NCBI GenBank assembly: GCA_046290225.1
Contig: JBKAGE010000034.1
Span: 320,001 to 384,000, forward strand
Reading direction: 5' to 3'
DNA length: 64,000 nt
From: Bradymonadia bacterium
Lineage (GTDB): Bacteria > Myxococcota_A > Bradymonadia > UBA7976 > UBA1532
Part shown: positions 40,650 to 50,600 of the stretch, one piece after another
How positions within the stretch are numbered: position 1 is the stretch's first letter
Layout: each line of letters begins with the position of its first letter
Translations under genes and position numbers: made by a program
Notes under the pieces: model-generated
What the model was told of the DNA's origin: nothing
The model's database searches: none
What the model saw: the letters and a program-made list of their open reading frames with translations, nothing else

Positions 40650-41355
40650 TGGGCAGTCGCGGAGGCTGCGCTGAGCCTTTGTAGGCAGTCATCGCTTCGC
40701 TCTGCCTGCGTAGGCGCCGAGCCTTCGGCACATCTTCGATGCGCCTCGTCTGGCGCGTACACGTTCGGGCATCCGCTTCGCGGACACCCTTCCGGGTAGG
40801 CAGGGTCGCTCAGGGCTTCGCCCTTCTTGCTCGCTCCCCTGCGTAAAGAGCTTCTTCTGTATCTTGTTGCTGATGTCTGCCGGGACTCGACCTACCGCGA
40901 ACCTACAAGCCTCTGAGTGTGAATGCTCGGCGAAAGCCCCAACAGCGCCAGAATCAGTGCTAGAGCGCCATAAACAAATAAACTGTTAGGGAGCGCGCAG
41001 GATGGTGTTTTGAGATGGGCTTCGGTGGGCGCAGGCGATGCCGGCTAAAGCCTTTAAAGCATCGTCGAGTACCAGCGAAGCTCATATCGGAGCACCAGAC
41101 AAGCGTTCGCAGCAGGTATTTGTTTATGGTGCTCTAAGTCACACCAGAACTGACTTTTTACGCAGGGGAGCGAGCAAACAATGCGTCAGCATTGAGCGAC
41201 CTCTGCCTACCCGGAGGCCTGCTCGCCTCAGCGAGCGTGCCGACGTGTACGCAGCTCCAAGGCGGGCCGAAGGCCGGCCGTCGGCAGCTGCCTACGCAGG
41301 CAGAGCGAAGCGATGACTGCCTACAAAGGCTCAACGCAGACTCTGCGACTGCCCA
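40650..41355. repeat. ~700-bp nested inverted-repeat (fold-back) element, REPIN/MITE-like
   Basis: 66-bp terminal IR (40650-40715 / 41290-41355, 3 mismatches) with inner IR pairs 40827-40847 / 41157-41177 and 40961-40980 / 41117-41136. Confidence 0.85.
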
Positions 41356-41404
41356 TTCAACTGTGTATCAGCGTTGAGTCCGTAACGCCCAAAGCCCGTC
41401 GGCA

Positions 41405-43570
41405 TCAGGGTCGGACACACCGAAAATCGTCCGCCGCCATCACCCCATCAGCGCTCTTGTCGATCAGCTCGATCTGTACTTCCCGGCCTCGCAGTGATCG
41501 CGTGTCGAGGCTCACCCGTCGCAGCGCTCGCCCTGAGGGCACCGGCTTGCGGTGAAGCAGCTCCCCATTGGAGAGCAGCCGCACCTCGAGGCCTGGCTTT
41601 CGATCCCCTGCAGCCATCCACGTGAGGCGATCACACTCCAGAGTAAACGGCGCAGACGTCAGGCGACCCGCTTCGTCGGCGCGGTTGCTGACCATCACCC
41701 AGTCTCCCTGTACCCCCGAAACCCTGCCTGAGCGCAGGCGGGCCCGTCGCTTTTGAGCAGGAGCCTCGGAGAAGCCCCCCGAAGCAGTCCAGCCCGTTGT
41801 CTGTCCTGCCTCGAAGTTTCCCGTGATGCCTGGGGCGAGCTCCCGGGGCTCTGGATCTTGCGCCAGCCACAGCTCTGCCGGCCTCACCAGGAAGCCAGTC
41901 TTCGCTCGAAGCACATCTTTGTCGGGCCAGACAAGCCGATCAGCGAGGTAGTACTGGCGACCAAGGCCCGGCACTCGATTGCGCTCATCCACGACCACGG
42001 CAGCCCACTCCTTCTTCCGCAGACGGGGGCCGAGATCTTTGAGGCCCTTCATGAAAGCGACGTCCTGGATGCCCATCTGGTGCGTGTGCACCTGCCCGTC
42101 CCGGGTGTAGGCATAGAATGGGTGTGCGGGCATGAAAACCTTGCCCTTCACCTCCGACAGCTGACGGTCGAGCTGGGCCACAGCCTCGTGATCTGCGCTG
42201 CCCGGCACTTGCTCTGCGGGGTTGTATGCCAGGGCGATGAACTGCAGGGCCAGTGCAGCGGGCACGAGGGCAGTCCACCGATGACTTGAAGGTTGAGGTG
42301 TGCCTTCGGCATCACCTGCTTGGGTCAGATCCCGGACGGCCAGCGCGATCAGGATGCTCCCGAAGACGCTCAAGGGCATGAAGCAGTTGCTGTAGGCCCA
42401 TTGGGTGCTGTGATTGAGCGCGCTCGAGCCTGCACCGGCGACGAACATCCAGAGCCAGAAGCCATGGGTGCGGGGGGCGATAGCCACACCGCGTCGAGCC
42501 ACACGATAGGCCACCAACATCAACACCATCACCGCGGGTGGCACCATGATGAGCCAGTGAGGCTCTACATAGAACAGCTCCCGGTAGTACATGTGAGGCA
42601 TGTCCTTCCAGCCGCTGTTGGCCCGCAAGAACCACGCGTAGGTCCAGTGGGCCGACAGGAGCAGGCTCGGCAGGACGATGGGCACCTTGTATCCAAACCA
42701 CAGCAGTGGGATCAGCAGGAGCACCGGCGCCAGACACAGCACATCTCGCCAGTACTCCATCAAGATGTTCTTCCAATAGAACAAGTGCCCTTGGTGACCC
42801 TCGAAGGTGTACACCCAGAACCAGCCATCAGTGGCCTGGTTGGCCACGTACACACCAAGAGCACCCAGCCCGAAGGCAAGTGCGCCGAACACTACGCCGT
42901 GTCGCCAGTTGCGCCACAGCAAGTACACCGCGATGGCGGGGGTGAACACGCTGGCAGTCTGCTTGGTGAAGAAACCCACCACACACAGCACAGCGGCGAG
43001 GATGACGCCTCGCCATCGCGGCATCGTGTAGGCGACGTACACCGCCCACAGCATGATGGTGATGAACAACGCGTCGGGGCGGACCAGGTCATAGAAGGCC
43101 CCGTTGAGCCGGAAGAGCGAGGCGTAGATGCCCATGGCCAGCAAGCCGAAGCGCACCCCAGCCTCCCGACGGCCGATGAGGAACAAACAGTAGAACGTCG
43201 ACAACGTCGCCGCGAGGGAGACGAGCCGGCCCAACGTGAAGGATAGTCCCCCAGTGATCTGGGACAGACCCCACAACGTGATCGGATACCCCGGTGTGTA
43301 GAAAAATGGCACGAAGTCAGCGCTGGGCTCGGCGTAGATCGGCTGGCCCGAGGCGAGGCGGGCGGCGTGGGCCAGCATGCCCCCCTCCATCCACTCCACC
43401 TCGAAGGGGTAGAACACCCTGATCAAGGCGACGACCACGAAGATCACCACATAGATCAGCCCCATGGTCACGGCGACGTCGAGCAGGCGCCGAGTGATGG
43501 GGGGCGTGTTGAACGGCTCAGTCACGGCAGCTCGCGTCAACGGAGGCTCCAGTGAGGTTGATGTCTGCAT
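41405..43570 (-). CDS. GT-C (ArnT/PMT, GT39-like) integral membrane glycosyltransferase
   Basis: EVEWMEG, FYTPGY, DLVRPD, FFTKQT, many TMs; C-terminal soluble beta domain; start uncertain. Confidence 0.75.
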   Translation of the reverse strand: MQTSTSLEPPLTRAAVTEPFNTPPITRRLLDVAVTMGLIYVVIFVVVALIRVFYPFEVEWMEGGMLAHAARLASGQPIYAEPSADFVPFFYTPGYPITLWGLSQITGGLSFTLGRLVSLAATLSTFYCLFLIGRREAGVRFGLLAMGIYASLFRLNGAFYDLVRPDALFITIMLWAVYVAYTMPRWRGVILAAVLCVVGFFTKQTASVFTPAIAVYLLWRNWRHGVVFGALAFGLGALGVYVANQATDGWFWVYTFEGHQGHLFYWKNILMEYWRDVLCLAPVLLLIPLLWFGYKVPIVLPSLLLSAHWTYAWFLRANSGWKDMPHMYYRELFYVEPHWLIMVPPAVMVLMLVAYRVARRGVAIAPRTHGFWLWMFVAGAGSSALNHSTQWAYSNCFMPLSVFGSILIALAVRDLTQAGDAEGTPQPSSHRWTALVPAALALQFIALAYNPAEQVPGSADHEAVAQLDRQLSEVKGKVFMPAHPFYAYTRDGQVHTHQMGIQDVAFMKGLKDLGPRLRKKEWAAVVVDERNRVPGLGRQYYLADRLVWPDKDVLRAKTGFLVRPAELWLAQDPEPRELAPGITGNFEAGQTTGWTASGGFSEAPAQKRRARLRSGRVSGVQGDWVMVSNRADEAGRLTSAPFTLECDRLTWMAAGDRKPGLEVRLLSNGELLHRKPVPSGRALRRVSLDTRSLRGREVQIELIDKSADGVMAADDFRCVRP

Positions 43571-43652
43571 CGGCGGATGCGCTGCCTGCGCAGCGCCGAG
43601 ACAGGGGGCAAAGTTTGCGGCCCGGCAGTATATAGCGTTCATTCATCTGGAG

Positions 43653-45605
43653 ATGACCAGAAACCGCCCATTGTCCTGTCTCGCTGGAGGCCTCTGCGCC
43701 GGTCTCACCGTCGCGACGCTACATCTCGTGTGGCTCCTCGAGGCGCTGCCCGATGCGCTTCTGAGCCACGAACGGGCTCTGGCAGGTGCCTATGCCCTCG
43801 TACCGCTCCTCACGGTGGCCCTGCTCGTGGGCGGCGCGCTCCAGGGGGTGTGGTGGGCTCGACACCGACTGGCTGATGGCGGGCGACGATGGTTATCCCG
43901 GCTGCTCTGGGGCGCCTCGGCTCTGGCTGTATCGACGCCCGTGGCCTTGTCTCTCGGTGACCGCCTTCAGCCTGTGCTGGCCCACCCGGGAGGCTGGCCG
44001 GCGCTTCAACTGTTGCTCATCTGCGGGCTCGCCCTGCCCTGGGCGTGGGCCCTGAGTAAAATCCCAGCCTCACTGGCTTCGATCTCGAGTGTCTACCTGA
44101 GCCGGCGTCTGCCCTTCGTCGTCGCGGGCATATGTATCGTGGGGGGCCATGGCCTTGTGCATCACCTGCACAGCGTCCCCCAGGTCCAGCGGGCCCTGCT
44201 CGAGCACGCGCCGGGCTTCTCGGGCCTCGCCCTGGCGCTTCAGCCTCTCTTCGATGGCGATGGTGACGGCTTCGCTGATCGTTTTGGCGGAGGAGACTGT
44301 GACGATGGCGATCCGAATGTGCACCCCAGCGCCCGGGAGATCCCGGGGAATGGTGTGGACGAGGATTGCTTCGGCGGTGACGCTCCGATCCTGCGCGCTC
44401 CGGAGCCCGAGGTGGCCGCGCCAGCACACCCCGACACCTTTCCCCCCGTGGAGCAACCCAACCTCGTCCTCATCACCGTCGACACGCTGCGACCTGATGC
44501 CCTCGGCGCCTATGGCAACACCTTGGGGCACACCCCGCACCTCGACGCCCTCGCCCACGGCGGGCTGCAGTTCGACTGGGCCTTCGCCCAGGGGCCACAG
44601 ACCAAGGCCTCCGTGCCATCGATGTTCACGGGCGTCTACTTCTCCGAAGTCGATCGAACGCCTGACGCCTGGGCCCGGACCTATGAGACGCACACCACCA
44701 TCGCCGAGCACCTGAAGTCTGCGGGGTACACCACCGCGGGCGTGCCCTGTCACCGCTTCTTCTTGCCCCGGTATGGGCTGGACCAGGGCTTCGACCACTG
44801 GGATCTCTCTGTGGTACGCGCCCACAACCAGGATGTGGTGCATCACATCACTGGGGGGGAGATCACCGAGCGAGCTTTGACGTGGTTGGAGAGCGATGCT
44901 GCTCGGGAGAAGCCGTTCTTCTTGTGGCTGCACTACTTCGACCCACACCACTTCTACCAGGACCACGAGACCATCGAAGGTTTTGGCGCGGATGATCAGG
45001 GTCGATACGCGGAAGAGGTGGCCTACACCGATCAGCAAATCGGTGCGTTGATGCAGGCCCTCTCAGCGCCTCCCTTCGCCGATCGCACCTATGTGATGGT
45101 GCACAGCGATCACAGCGAGGCCTTTCACGACCATGGGTACCGCTATCATGGGGCCCACCTCTACAACGATCAGATCAGGGTGCCTCTGTTGCTGTGGGGG
45201 CCAGGCCTCCAGGGTCACGTGGTGGATCAGCCCGTGGCTCTGCTCGACGTGATGCCCACCCTGCTCGCCCTCGCAGGGGCGCCACCAGAGGTACGGGCGA
45301 GAGGTCGCTCTTTGTTGGGGCACCGCGTGGGCTCGCCTCGGCAGCCTCCGCCCCGACCGATCTTCTCGGAGATGGTCAAAGACGCCACCCACAGCGCCCG
45401 GCGAGTCATCGTCGAGTGGCCCTGGAAGCTGCACTACAGCATCACCTACGACCACTATGCGCTCTTCGACCTGAGCGCAGATCCGAAGGAGCAGACGGAC
45501 GTACTCGAGGCGCACCCTGACGTCGCCGAGGCCTTGAAGCGCCGGCTACGACGTTGGATGAGTCAGGAGGTTGAGCGGGCCATGCCACGATGGCCTCAGA
45601 AGTGA
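43653..45605 (+). CDS. Membrane-anchored sulfatase-like (LtaS/alkaline phosphatase superfamily) protein with MopE-like metal-binding motif
   Basis: TMs; DGDGDGF...DCDD...P.A.EIPGNGVDEDC; NLVLITVDTLRPD, QTKASVPSMFTG, HYFDPH, SDH. Confidence 0.85.
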   Translation: MTRNRPLSCLAGGLCAGLTVATLHLVWLLEALPDALLSHERALAGAYALVPLLTVALLVGGALQGVWWARHRLADGGRRWLSRLLWGASALAVSTPVALSLGDRLQPVLAHPGGWPALQLLLICGLALPWAWALSKIPASLASISSVYLSRRLPFVVAGICIVGGHGLVHHLHSVPQVQRALLEHAPGFSGLALALQPLFDGDGDGFADRFGGGDCDDGDPNVHPSAREIPGNGVDEDCFGGDAPILRAPEPEVAAPAHPDTFPPVEQPNLVLITVDTLRPDALGAYGNTLGHTPHLDALAHGGLQFDWAFAQGPQTKASVPSMFTGVYFSEVDRTPDAWARTYETHTTIAEHLKSAGYTTAGVPCHRFFLPRYGLDQGFDHWDLSVVRAHNQDVVHHITGGEITERALTWLESDAAREKPFFLWLHYFDPHHFYQDHETIEGFGADDQGRYAEEVAYTDQQIGALMQALSAPPFADRTYVMVHSDHSEAFHDHGYRYHGAHLYNDQIRVPLLLWGPGLQGHVVDQPVALLDVMPTLLALAGAPPEVRARGRSLLGHRVGSPRQPPPRPIFSEMVKDATHSARRVIVEWPWKLHYSITYDHYALFDLSADPKEQTDVLEAHPDVAEALKRRLRRWMSQEVERAMPRWPQK

Positions 45606-45617
45606 CAGATGACAGCT

Positions 45618-46295
45618 CTACAGCGCCGCCGCCCTGGCAAAGAGACTCTTCCCCACTCTGTGCCACCCCAGGGGGCGCGCCTCTCGAGCGGCCGGGCGTG
45701 CCTCGATGCGGTCCACGTAGGCCTGGAGTCGGGGCCATCGCTCACCGAGGATGAGCCCTCTTCGGATTTGATATCCCAAGGCCGGATAGAAGACACAGTC
45801 GGCGAGGGTGAGTGCTGGCCCGGCGATCCAAGGGTGCTCTTCGAGATGACTGGACCAGATGCTCAGCTCCTGAGCCACCCTGGCCGGCGCCGCCCGGGCT
45901 GCCTCGATTTGCTCAGACGACAACGACGACTGTTGGAGGAACAATGCTTCCAGGGGTCGATACGCCATGCGCAGACGCTCCACCTCGTACATGCGCTGGA
46001 GCATCAGTGCCATGGCCGGGCCCTCGGGACACAACGACGTCTCCGGCCGGCTGGCCTCCAGCCAGTGCAAGATGGCCATGGACTCACACACCGTCGTGCC
46101 GTCAGGCTCCACCCAGACCGGTGCCTGTCCTCTGGGGTTGATGGCCAGAAACTCAGGGCTGCGCGTCTCCCGGGTCGAGCCCATGACTTTGAGACGCCGG
46201 CTCTCGTACTCCACCCCCCGCAGGTGGCACGCCAGCATCACCTGCCAGCTCGGGATGGAGCCGTTGATCCAGTAAAGAGTGGGTCGCTCACTCAC
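45618..46295 (-). CDS. Glutathione S-transferase
   Basis: FLAINPRGQAP, CESMAILHWL, WIAGPALTLAD; GTG start overlaps the upstream stop. Confidence 0.9.
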   Translation of the reverse strand: MSERPTLYWINGSIPSWQVMLACHLRGVEYESRRLKVMGSTRETRSPEFLAINPRGQAPVWVEPDGTTVCESMAILHWLEASRPETSLCPEGPAMALMLQRMYEVERLRMAYRPLEALFLQQSSLSSEQIEAARAAPARVAQELSIWSSHLEEHPWIAGPALTLADCVFYPALGYQIRRGLILGERWPRLQAYVDRIEARPAAREARPLGWHRVGKSLFARAAAL

Positions 46296-47718
46296 GAGGG
46301 CGCCCCATATCGAGGATGTCGAACCCCTGACCGTACTCTGCGTCCCAGTCGAAGTCTGGCGTACGATTCTCAAGGCCAAAGGCACGACTGAGTTGGTCAC
46401 GCTGCACCGCCCAGGGCCGGCCTTCGAAACCCGGCTTGGGGGCACCCTGGCCGGAGATCGAGCCGTCCGCCTCGATGAAGGTGGAGACGGTTCGGAAGGT
46501 GAGGCTGATGCGGGCGCCGCCCTGAATCAGGGCCGAGGCGGGGCGCTCACCTTCAGTCCGTTTGTCGGGTTTGATGCCGTGTTGAAACAGGCGGTTGGTT
46601 CGCCAGCCCAGAACAAAGAGCGAGTTGTGAGGCATTTCCACCTGACGGGTGGCACCGCTGGCCTTGTCTTTGAGCACCATCATACGTGTGGCGCCGAGGC
46701 TCAGGTTCACCACCGCGCTCCCCCGCTCGATGTCGAGGGTTTTGTCGGCGTGCACCCCGATGTGGCTGTAGCCGTCAGGGTAGAGCTGAATCAACGCGTG
46801 ATTGAGCCGCTGTCCGAGACGTCGCTCAGCAGCGATCTTGAGCTTCTCCACTGTGGGCGTCCAGGGCGTGAGGACGGGCTGCTCGTCTGCAGGATGACGG
46901 TAGAGGGGCGTACGATCGTGCTCCACAGTGGCCTGGATCGCCATACGTCGGGGGACGGGGCTGCCACGGTGCACCATGTCCTGCCAGTCGATCTCGGCCA
47001 TGAGATCGTCAAAGGCCGTCTCTGCCAGATCTGACGAGAGCACCCCGTACATCACCGCACTGTCGCCGGCGCCGATCCCCGACCGATCTGCACCCCACTG
47101 GCCGAGCAGCTCCGCGGAGGAGATCAATTGTCCATAGTGTGTGCCGATGGCAGTGAGCCCGCGATGATGCCGGTTGGGCGTCGTGGCACCGATACAGTCG
47201 GCGATCGCCACCACCTCATACCCGAGGAAGAACGCATCGGCGGCGGTGGCTTGCACGCACACGTTGGCCACCACACCGGTGATGAAGACCCGCTTCACTC
47301 CAGCCGCTCGCAGCGCGTCGTGGAGCGTCGTTTCAGTAAAGGCAGAGTACCTGTCTTTGACGATCTGTCGGTCTTCCGGTGCGACCAGCTCTGCAGCAGG
47401 TGGCCAGAGCTCGGCCCCCTCTGAGTCGGGGCGGCAACACGGACGACCCGCATGACCGCTGGCGAGGTAGTCGTCGTTCTGCGGCACCCCTTTCGCCCAC
47501 GCCTCTTCAGGCCGAGGCGGCCGAACGGGTGGAGGTGCCTCCACACGCTCAGGGTAGTGGCTGGAGACCCAGAAGATCGCCATGCCTCGGCGTCGGGCCT
47601 CAGGCAGCACGGCGCCCAGGGACTCCACGAGGGCGTCGCCAGGCACTGGCCGCTTGAACATACGCTCTGCTTCGAGAAAATCTCTTTGCAGATCAATGAT
47701 GATGATGGCGTCGCTCAT
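46288..47718 (-). CDS. Isochorismatase/cysteine-hydrolase fused to AlkB-like 2OG-Fe(II) dioxygenase
   Basis: IIDLQRDF, KDRYSAF, GVVANVCV; then YRHP, NHALIQLY, HADK, LSLGATR, HGI, RISLTFR. Confidence 0.88.
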   Translation of the reverse strand: MSDAIIIIDLQRDFLEAERMFKRPVPGDALVESLGAVLPEARRRGMAIFWVSSHYPERVEAPPPVRPPRPEEAWAKGVPQNDDYLASGHAGRPCCRPDSEGAELWPPAAELVAPEDRQIVKDRYSAFTETTLHDALRAAGVKRVFITGVVANVCVQATAADAFFLGYEVVAIADCIGATTPNRHHRGLTAIGTHYGQLISSAELLGQWGADRSGIGAGDSAVMYGVLSSDLAETAFDDLMAEIDWQDMVHRGSPVPRRMAIQATVEHDRTPLYRHPADEQPVLTPWTPTVEKLKIAAERRLGQRLNHALIQLYPDGYSHIGVHADKTLDIERGSAVVNLSLGATRMMVLKDKASGATRQVEMPHNSLFVLGWRTNRLFQHGIKPDKRTEGERPASALIQGGARISLTFRTVSTFIEADGSISGQGAPKPGFEGRPWAVQRDQLSRAFGLENRTPDFDWDAEYGQGFDILDMGRPRE

Positions 47719-47826
47719 GACTTCGTCCTCCTGGCAGCGAAAAATATCATCATTCTTTTCGAATCGGTGTCCCATGATGCGCAGCCGACGTGTCTCCACA
47801 CTGTGACCACCACGGGAGCATGGTTC

Positions 47827-49584
47827 ATGGGCCGATCACTGTTGACATCCAGCACCTCGCCAGTGGCCAGAGCATTGCCATCGACGTCGTGGCTGAGCCC
47901 ACTGTCCCTGGCGCTGTGCGCCAGCCTCTGGCTGGCGTCCATGGCCCAGGCCCGTGAGGTCAACGAGGCCGCAGATCAACTGCCCATCGCTGAGCGGTAT
48001 GCCCTGGTGGTGGGGCACAACCAGCCCGGCCCTGGTCAATCTGCGCTGCGCTATGCCGAGCAGGACGCCGAAGCCTTCGCTGATGTCCTCACCACGCTCG
48101 GTGGGTTCCCCGAGGATCGCGTGATGCTGTTGCGGCAGCCCACAGCGGCGAAGGTTCGAGCGGCGTTGAGCCATCTCGAAGCCGAGGTGGGCGCTCAACA
48201 CGATCGAGGGGCCCGAACTCTGGTGACGTTCTACTATTCAGGTCACGCCCGCCGTGATCGCCTCGACCTCGGGGCTGATCCCCTGCCCCTCGAGGAGCTG
48301 CGGGCCAGCCTGGAGGGCCTCGAGGCCACAGTGACGCTGGTGGTGCTCGATGCATGCCGCAGCGGTTCGTTCTCCCGGGCCAAGGGGGCCACCGCAGTGG
48401 CCGACTTCGGGTTCGACCGCGCCCGGCAGCTGGACACTCGAGGGTTGGCGGTGATGGCCTCCAGCGCGGCGGAGGAGCTGAGCCAGGAGTCCGAGCGCCT
48501 ACAAGGCTCGTTCTTCACCCATCACTTGCTCGCTGCTCTCCGTGGCGCCGGCGACACCGATACAGATGGTCGAGTGTCCCTGCGAGAGGCCTACACATAT
48601 GCCTACAACCAGACCTTGGTGAGCACGGCTCAGACTGCCATCGGCCAACAGCATGTCTCCTTCGAAACAGGCCTCGAAGGCCGCGGCGCTCTGTGGCTCA
48701 CTGCGCCAGGTGAGAACGGCAGTCAGCTCGTGCTCCCCTCTGACCTCGCTGGTGAAGCCCTCGTCACCCACCAGGGCCCCTCGGGCACCACAGTGATCGC
48801 CGAGCTGCACCGGCCTCAGAATGGTGCTGTCAGCCTCGCGGTGAGCCCAGGTCGGTACCAGACGCTCCTGCGTCAGGGGGATCAAATCGGCACCTGTGTC
48901 ACCACAGTGGCCCCTGGAGCGCGGCAGAGCGTCTCCCCAGCACAGTGTGCCTTCGGCCCGGTCACAGCCACCGTGGACAAGGGGGCCCTCGGCGCTGAGG
49001 GGACGGATACGCCTTCGCGCAGATGGTCCGTGGAAGTCGCCCTTGGCCTCGCCGACACCCAAGACTCGCCTTACACCGATCGACTGCGAGATTTCGACTA
49101 TCACCGACAGGACGCCCTCTTCGATCTCGTGCCCCGCTATGTGGTGGGTGCTGGCTATCAGCTCGACGATGTGTGGAGCGTGCATCTCACGGGTCGAAAC
49201 CTCGGCCAGGCACGATGGCGAATTCATGCTGATGGCGCTGACGACGTCGACACCAATGGCGATACCGACTTCACGTTCAACACATTGGCTCTCACCGTAC
49301 ACCTGCGTCGACAGGTGAACCTCTTCGATGGGCGCCTGGTGCCCTATGTGCAAGCTGGAGCCGGACCCGCCCTGGCGTGGAGTCGCCTCGAGAACAGCCC
49401 CATCGAATATCACGGCGGTTTTGCGCTGATGGGTGGTGCGGGCGTGCAGCTGATGCCGTGGGACGTCCTCGGGGGCTTCGTGGAGTTCTCCTGGAGCTAC
49501 GCGCCGGTCATGGAAAACCTCATCGGCGATACCCACGATCACGGTGGTCGCGCCTTCATCTTCGGCCTGAGAGGAGCCCTCTGA
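47827..49584 (+). CDS. Caspase-like (C14) peptidase domain with C-terminal outer-membrane beta-barrel
   Basis: LRYAEQDA, FYYSGHA, VLDACRSG, GSFFTHHL; amphipathic beta C-terminus. Confidence 0.85.
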   Translation: MGRSLLTSSTSPVARALPSTSWLSPLSLALCASLWLASMAQAREVNEAADQLPIAERYALVVGHNQPGPGQSALRYAEQDAEAFADVLTTLGGFPEDRVMLLRQPTAAKVRAALSHLEAEVGAQHDRGARTLVTFYYSGHARRDRLDLGADPLPLEELRASLEGLEATVTLVVLDACRSGSFSRAKGATAVADFGFDRARQLDTRGLAVMASSAAEELSQESERLQGSFFTHHLLAALRGAGDTDTDGRVSLREAYTYAYNQTLVSTAQTAIGQQHVSFETGLEGRGALWLTAPGENGSQLVLPSDLAGEALVTHQGPSGTTVIAELHRPQNGAVSLAVSPGRYQTLLRQGDQIGTCVTTVAPGARQSVSPAQCAFGPVTATVDKGALGAEGTDTPSRRWSVEVALGLADTQDSPYTDRLRDFDYHRQDALFDLVPRYVVGAGYQLDDVWSVHLTGRNLGQARWRIHADGADDVDTNGDTDFTFNTLALTVHLRRQVNLFDGRLVPYVQAGAGPALAWSRLENSPIEYHGGFALMGGAGVQLMPWDVLGGFVEFSWSYAPVMENLIGDTHDHGGRAFIFGLRGAL

Positions 49585-50117
49585 TGTGGAACAGTACCCG
49601 TAAAATCTGCGCCCTGGCCCTCGTAGCCCCCATGTTGATGGGCAACACGTGTGATGCGCTGCTCAACGACGATCCCTTCTTCGAAGCCTGGTGCGGCGAG
49701 TCACTGTGTGACTGGACGGTGGAGGCAGGCACCGTGCGCAAGGTGTCCACCTGGCACAGCGCAGATCACGGCGTCGCCCTCGATGGACCCCAGGTGGCCA
49801 TCAGCCAGATCTTTGAAGAGCGCGATGTGGACTGCCTCTTCATCGATCTGCTCACAGACGTCAGCCCAGGTGCCAATGTCGAGCTGCTCGTCGACTTCGG
49901 CCTCGATGGGGATGTCGACGTGCGGCACGCCATCGACGGACGTGATTGGAACGAGGTGAACTACTACATCACCCCTCCGGCGCCGGATGCTTCAGGGAAA
50001 ACGGCCATGAAGCTGACCATCGAGAAGACCGGCGATGCCCGAGCAGTCCTCGGCCGCATCGCGCTGTACGACACCGCCCGAGAGCACTGTACGGCACCGC
50101 CGACGGAGACTGACTGA
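49584..50117 (+). CDS. Hypothetical secreted Cys-containing protein
   Basis: TGATG coupling; signal or lipoprotein-like N-terminus. Confidence 0.6.
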   Translation: MWNSTRKICALALVAPMLMGNTCDALLNDDPFFEAWCGESLCDWTVEAGTVRKVSTWHSADHGVALDGPQVAISQIFEERDVDCLFIDLLTDVSPGANVELLVDFGLDGDVDVRHAIDGRDWNEVNYYITPPAPDASGKTAMKLTIEKTGDARAVLGRIALYDTAREHCTAPPTETD

Positions 50118-50120
50118 GCC

Positions 50121-50600
50121 GTGGAGATCTACGCGCTGTACGGCCCGGCGTTGGTGCGCAAGGCCACCCGGATCCTGCACAGCGAAGACGACGCTCGAGA
50201 TGTGGTGCAGGGGCTGTTCCTCGATCTGCTGAAGAAGCGAAAGACCGAGGCCACCCTGCCCTACCTCTATCAGGCCATCACGCGCCGTTGCCTGAACCAT
50301 CTGCGGGACACGCGCAATCGGCAGCGGCTGCTCGACGCCCATGGCGACATGCTCACGCCTTCAGGGGCGTCCACCCTTGAGGGGCGCACCCTCGACCGGG
50401 CCCTCATCGTGGCCCTTGCCCAACGCCTCGATCGAAAACGGTTCGAAGTGATGGTGCACCGCTACATCGACGAGATGGGGGTCGAGGAGATCGCCCAGCT
50501 CACGGGTCGCAGCCGGAAGACCATCGGCCGCTGGCTCAGCCAGATCACCCAGGAAGCCCGGCGCCTCGCCGCTGAGTCTGCAGGAGACGACCATGCATGA
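50121..50600 (+). CDS. ECF RNA polymerase sigma factor
   Basis: DARDVVQGLF, YLYQAITRRCLN, EEIAQLTGRSRKTI. Confidence 0.88.
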   Translation: MEIYALYGPALVRKATRILHSEDDARDVVQGLFLDLLKKRKTEATLPYLYQAITRRCLNHLRDTRNRQRLLDAHGDMLTPSGASTLEGRTLDRALIVALAQRLDRKRFEVMVHRYIDEMGVEEIAQLTGRSRKTIGRWLSQITQEARRLAAESAGDDHA

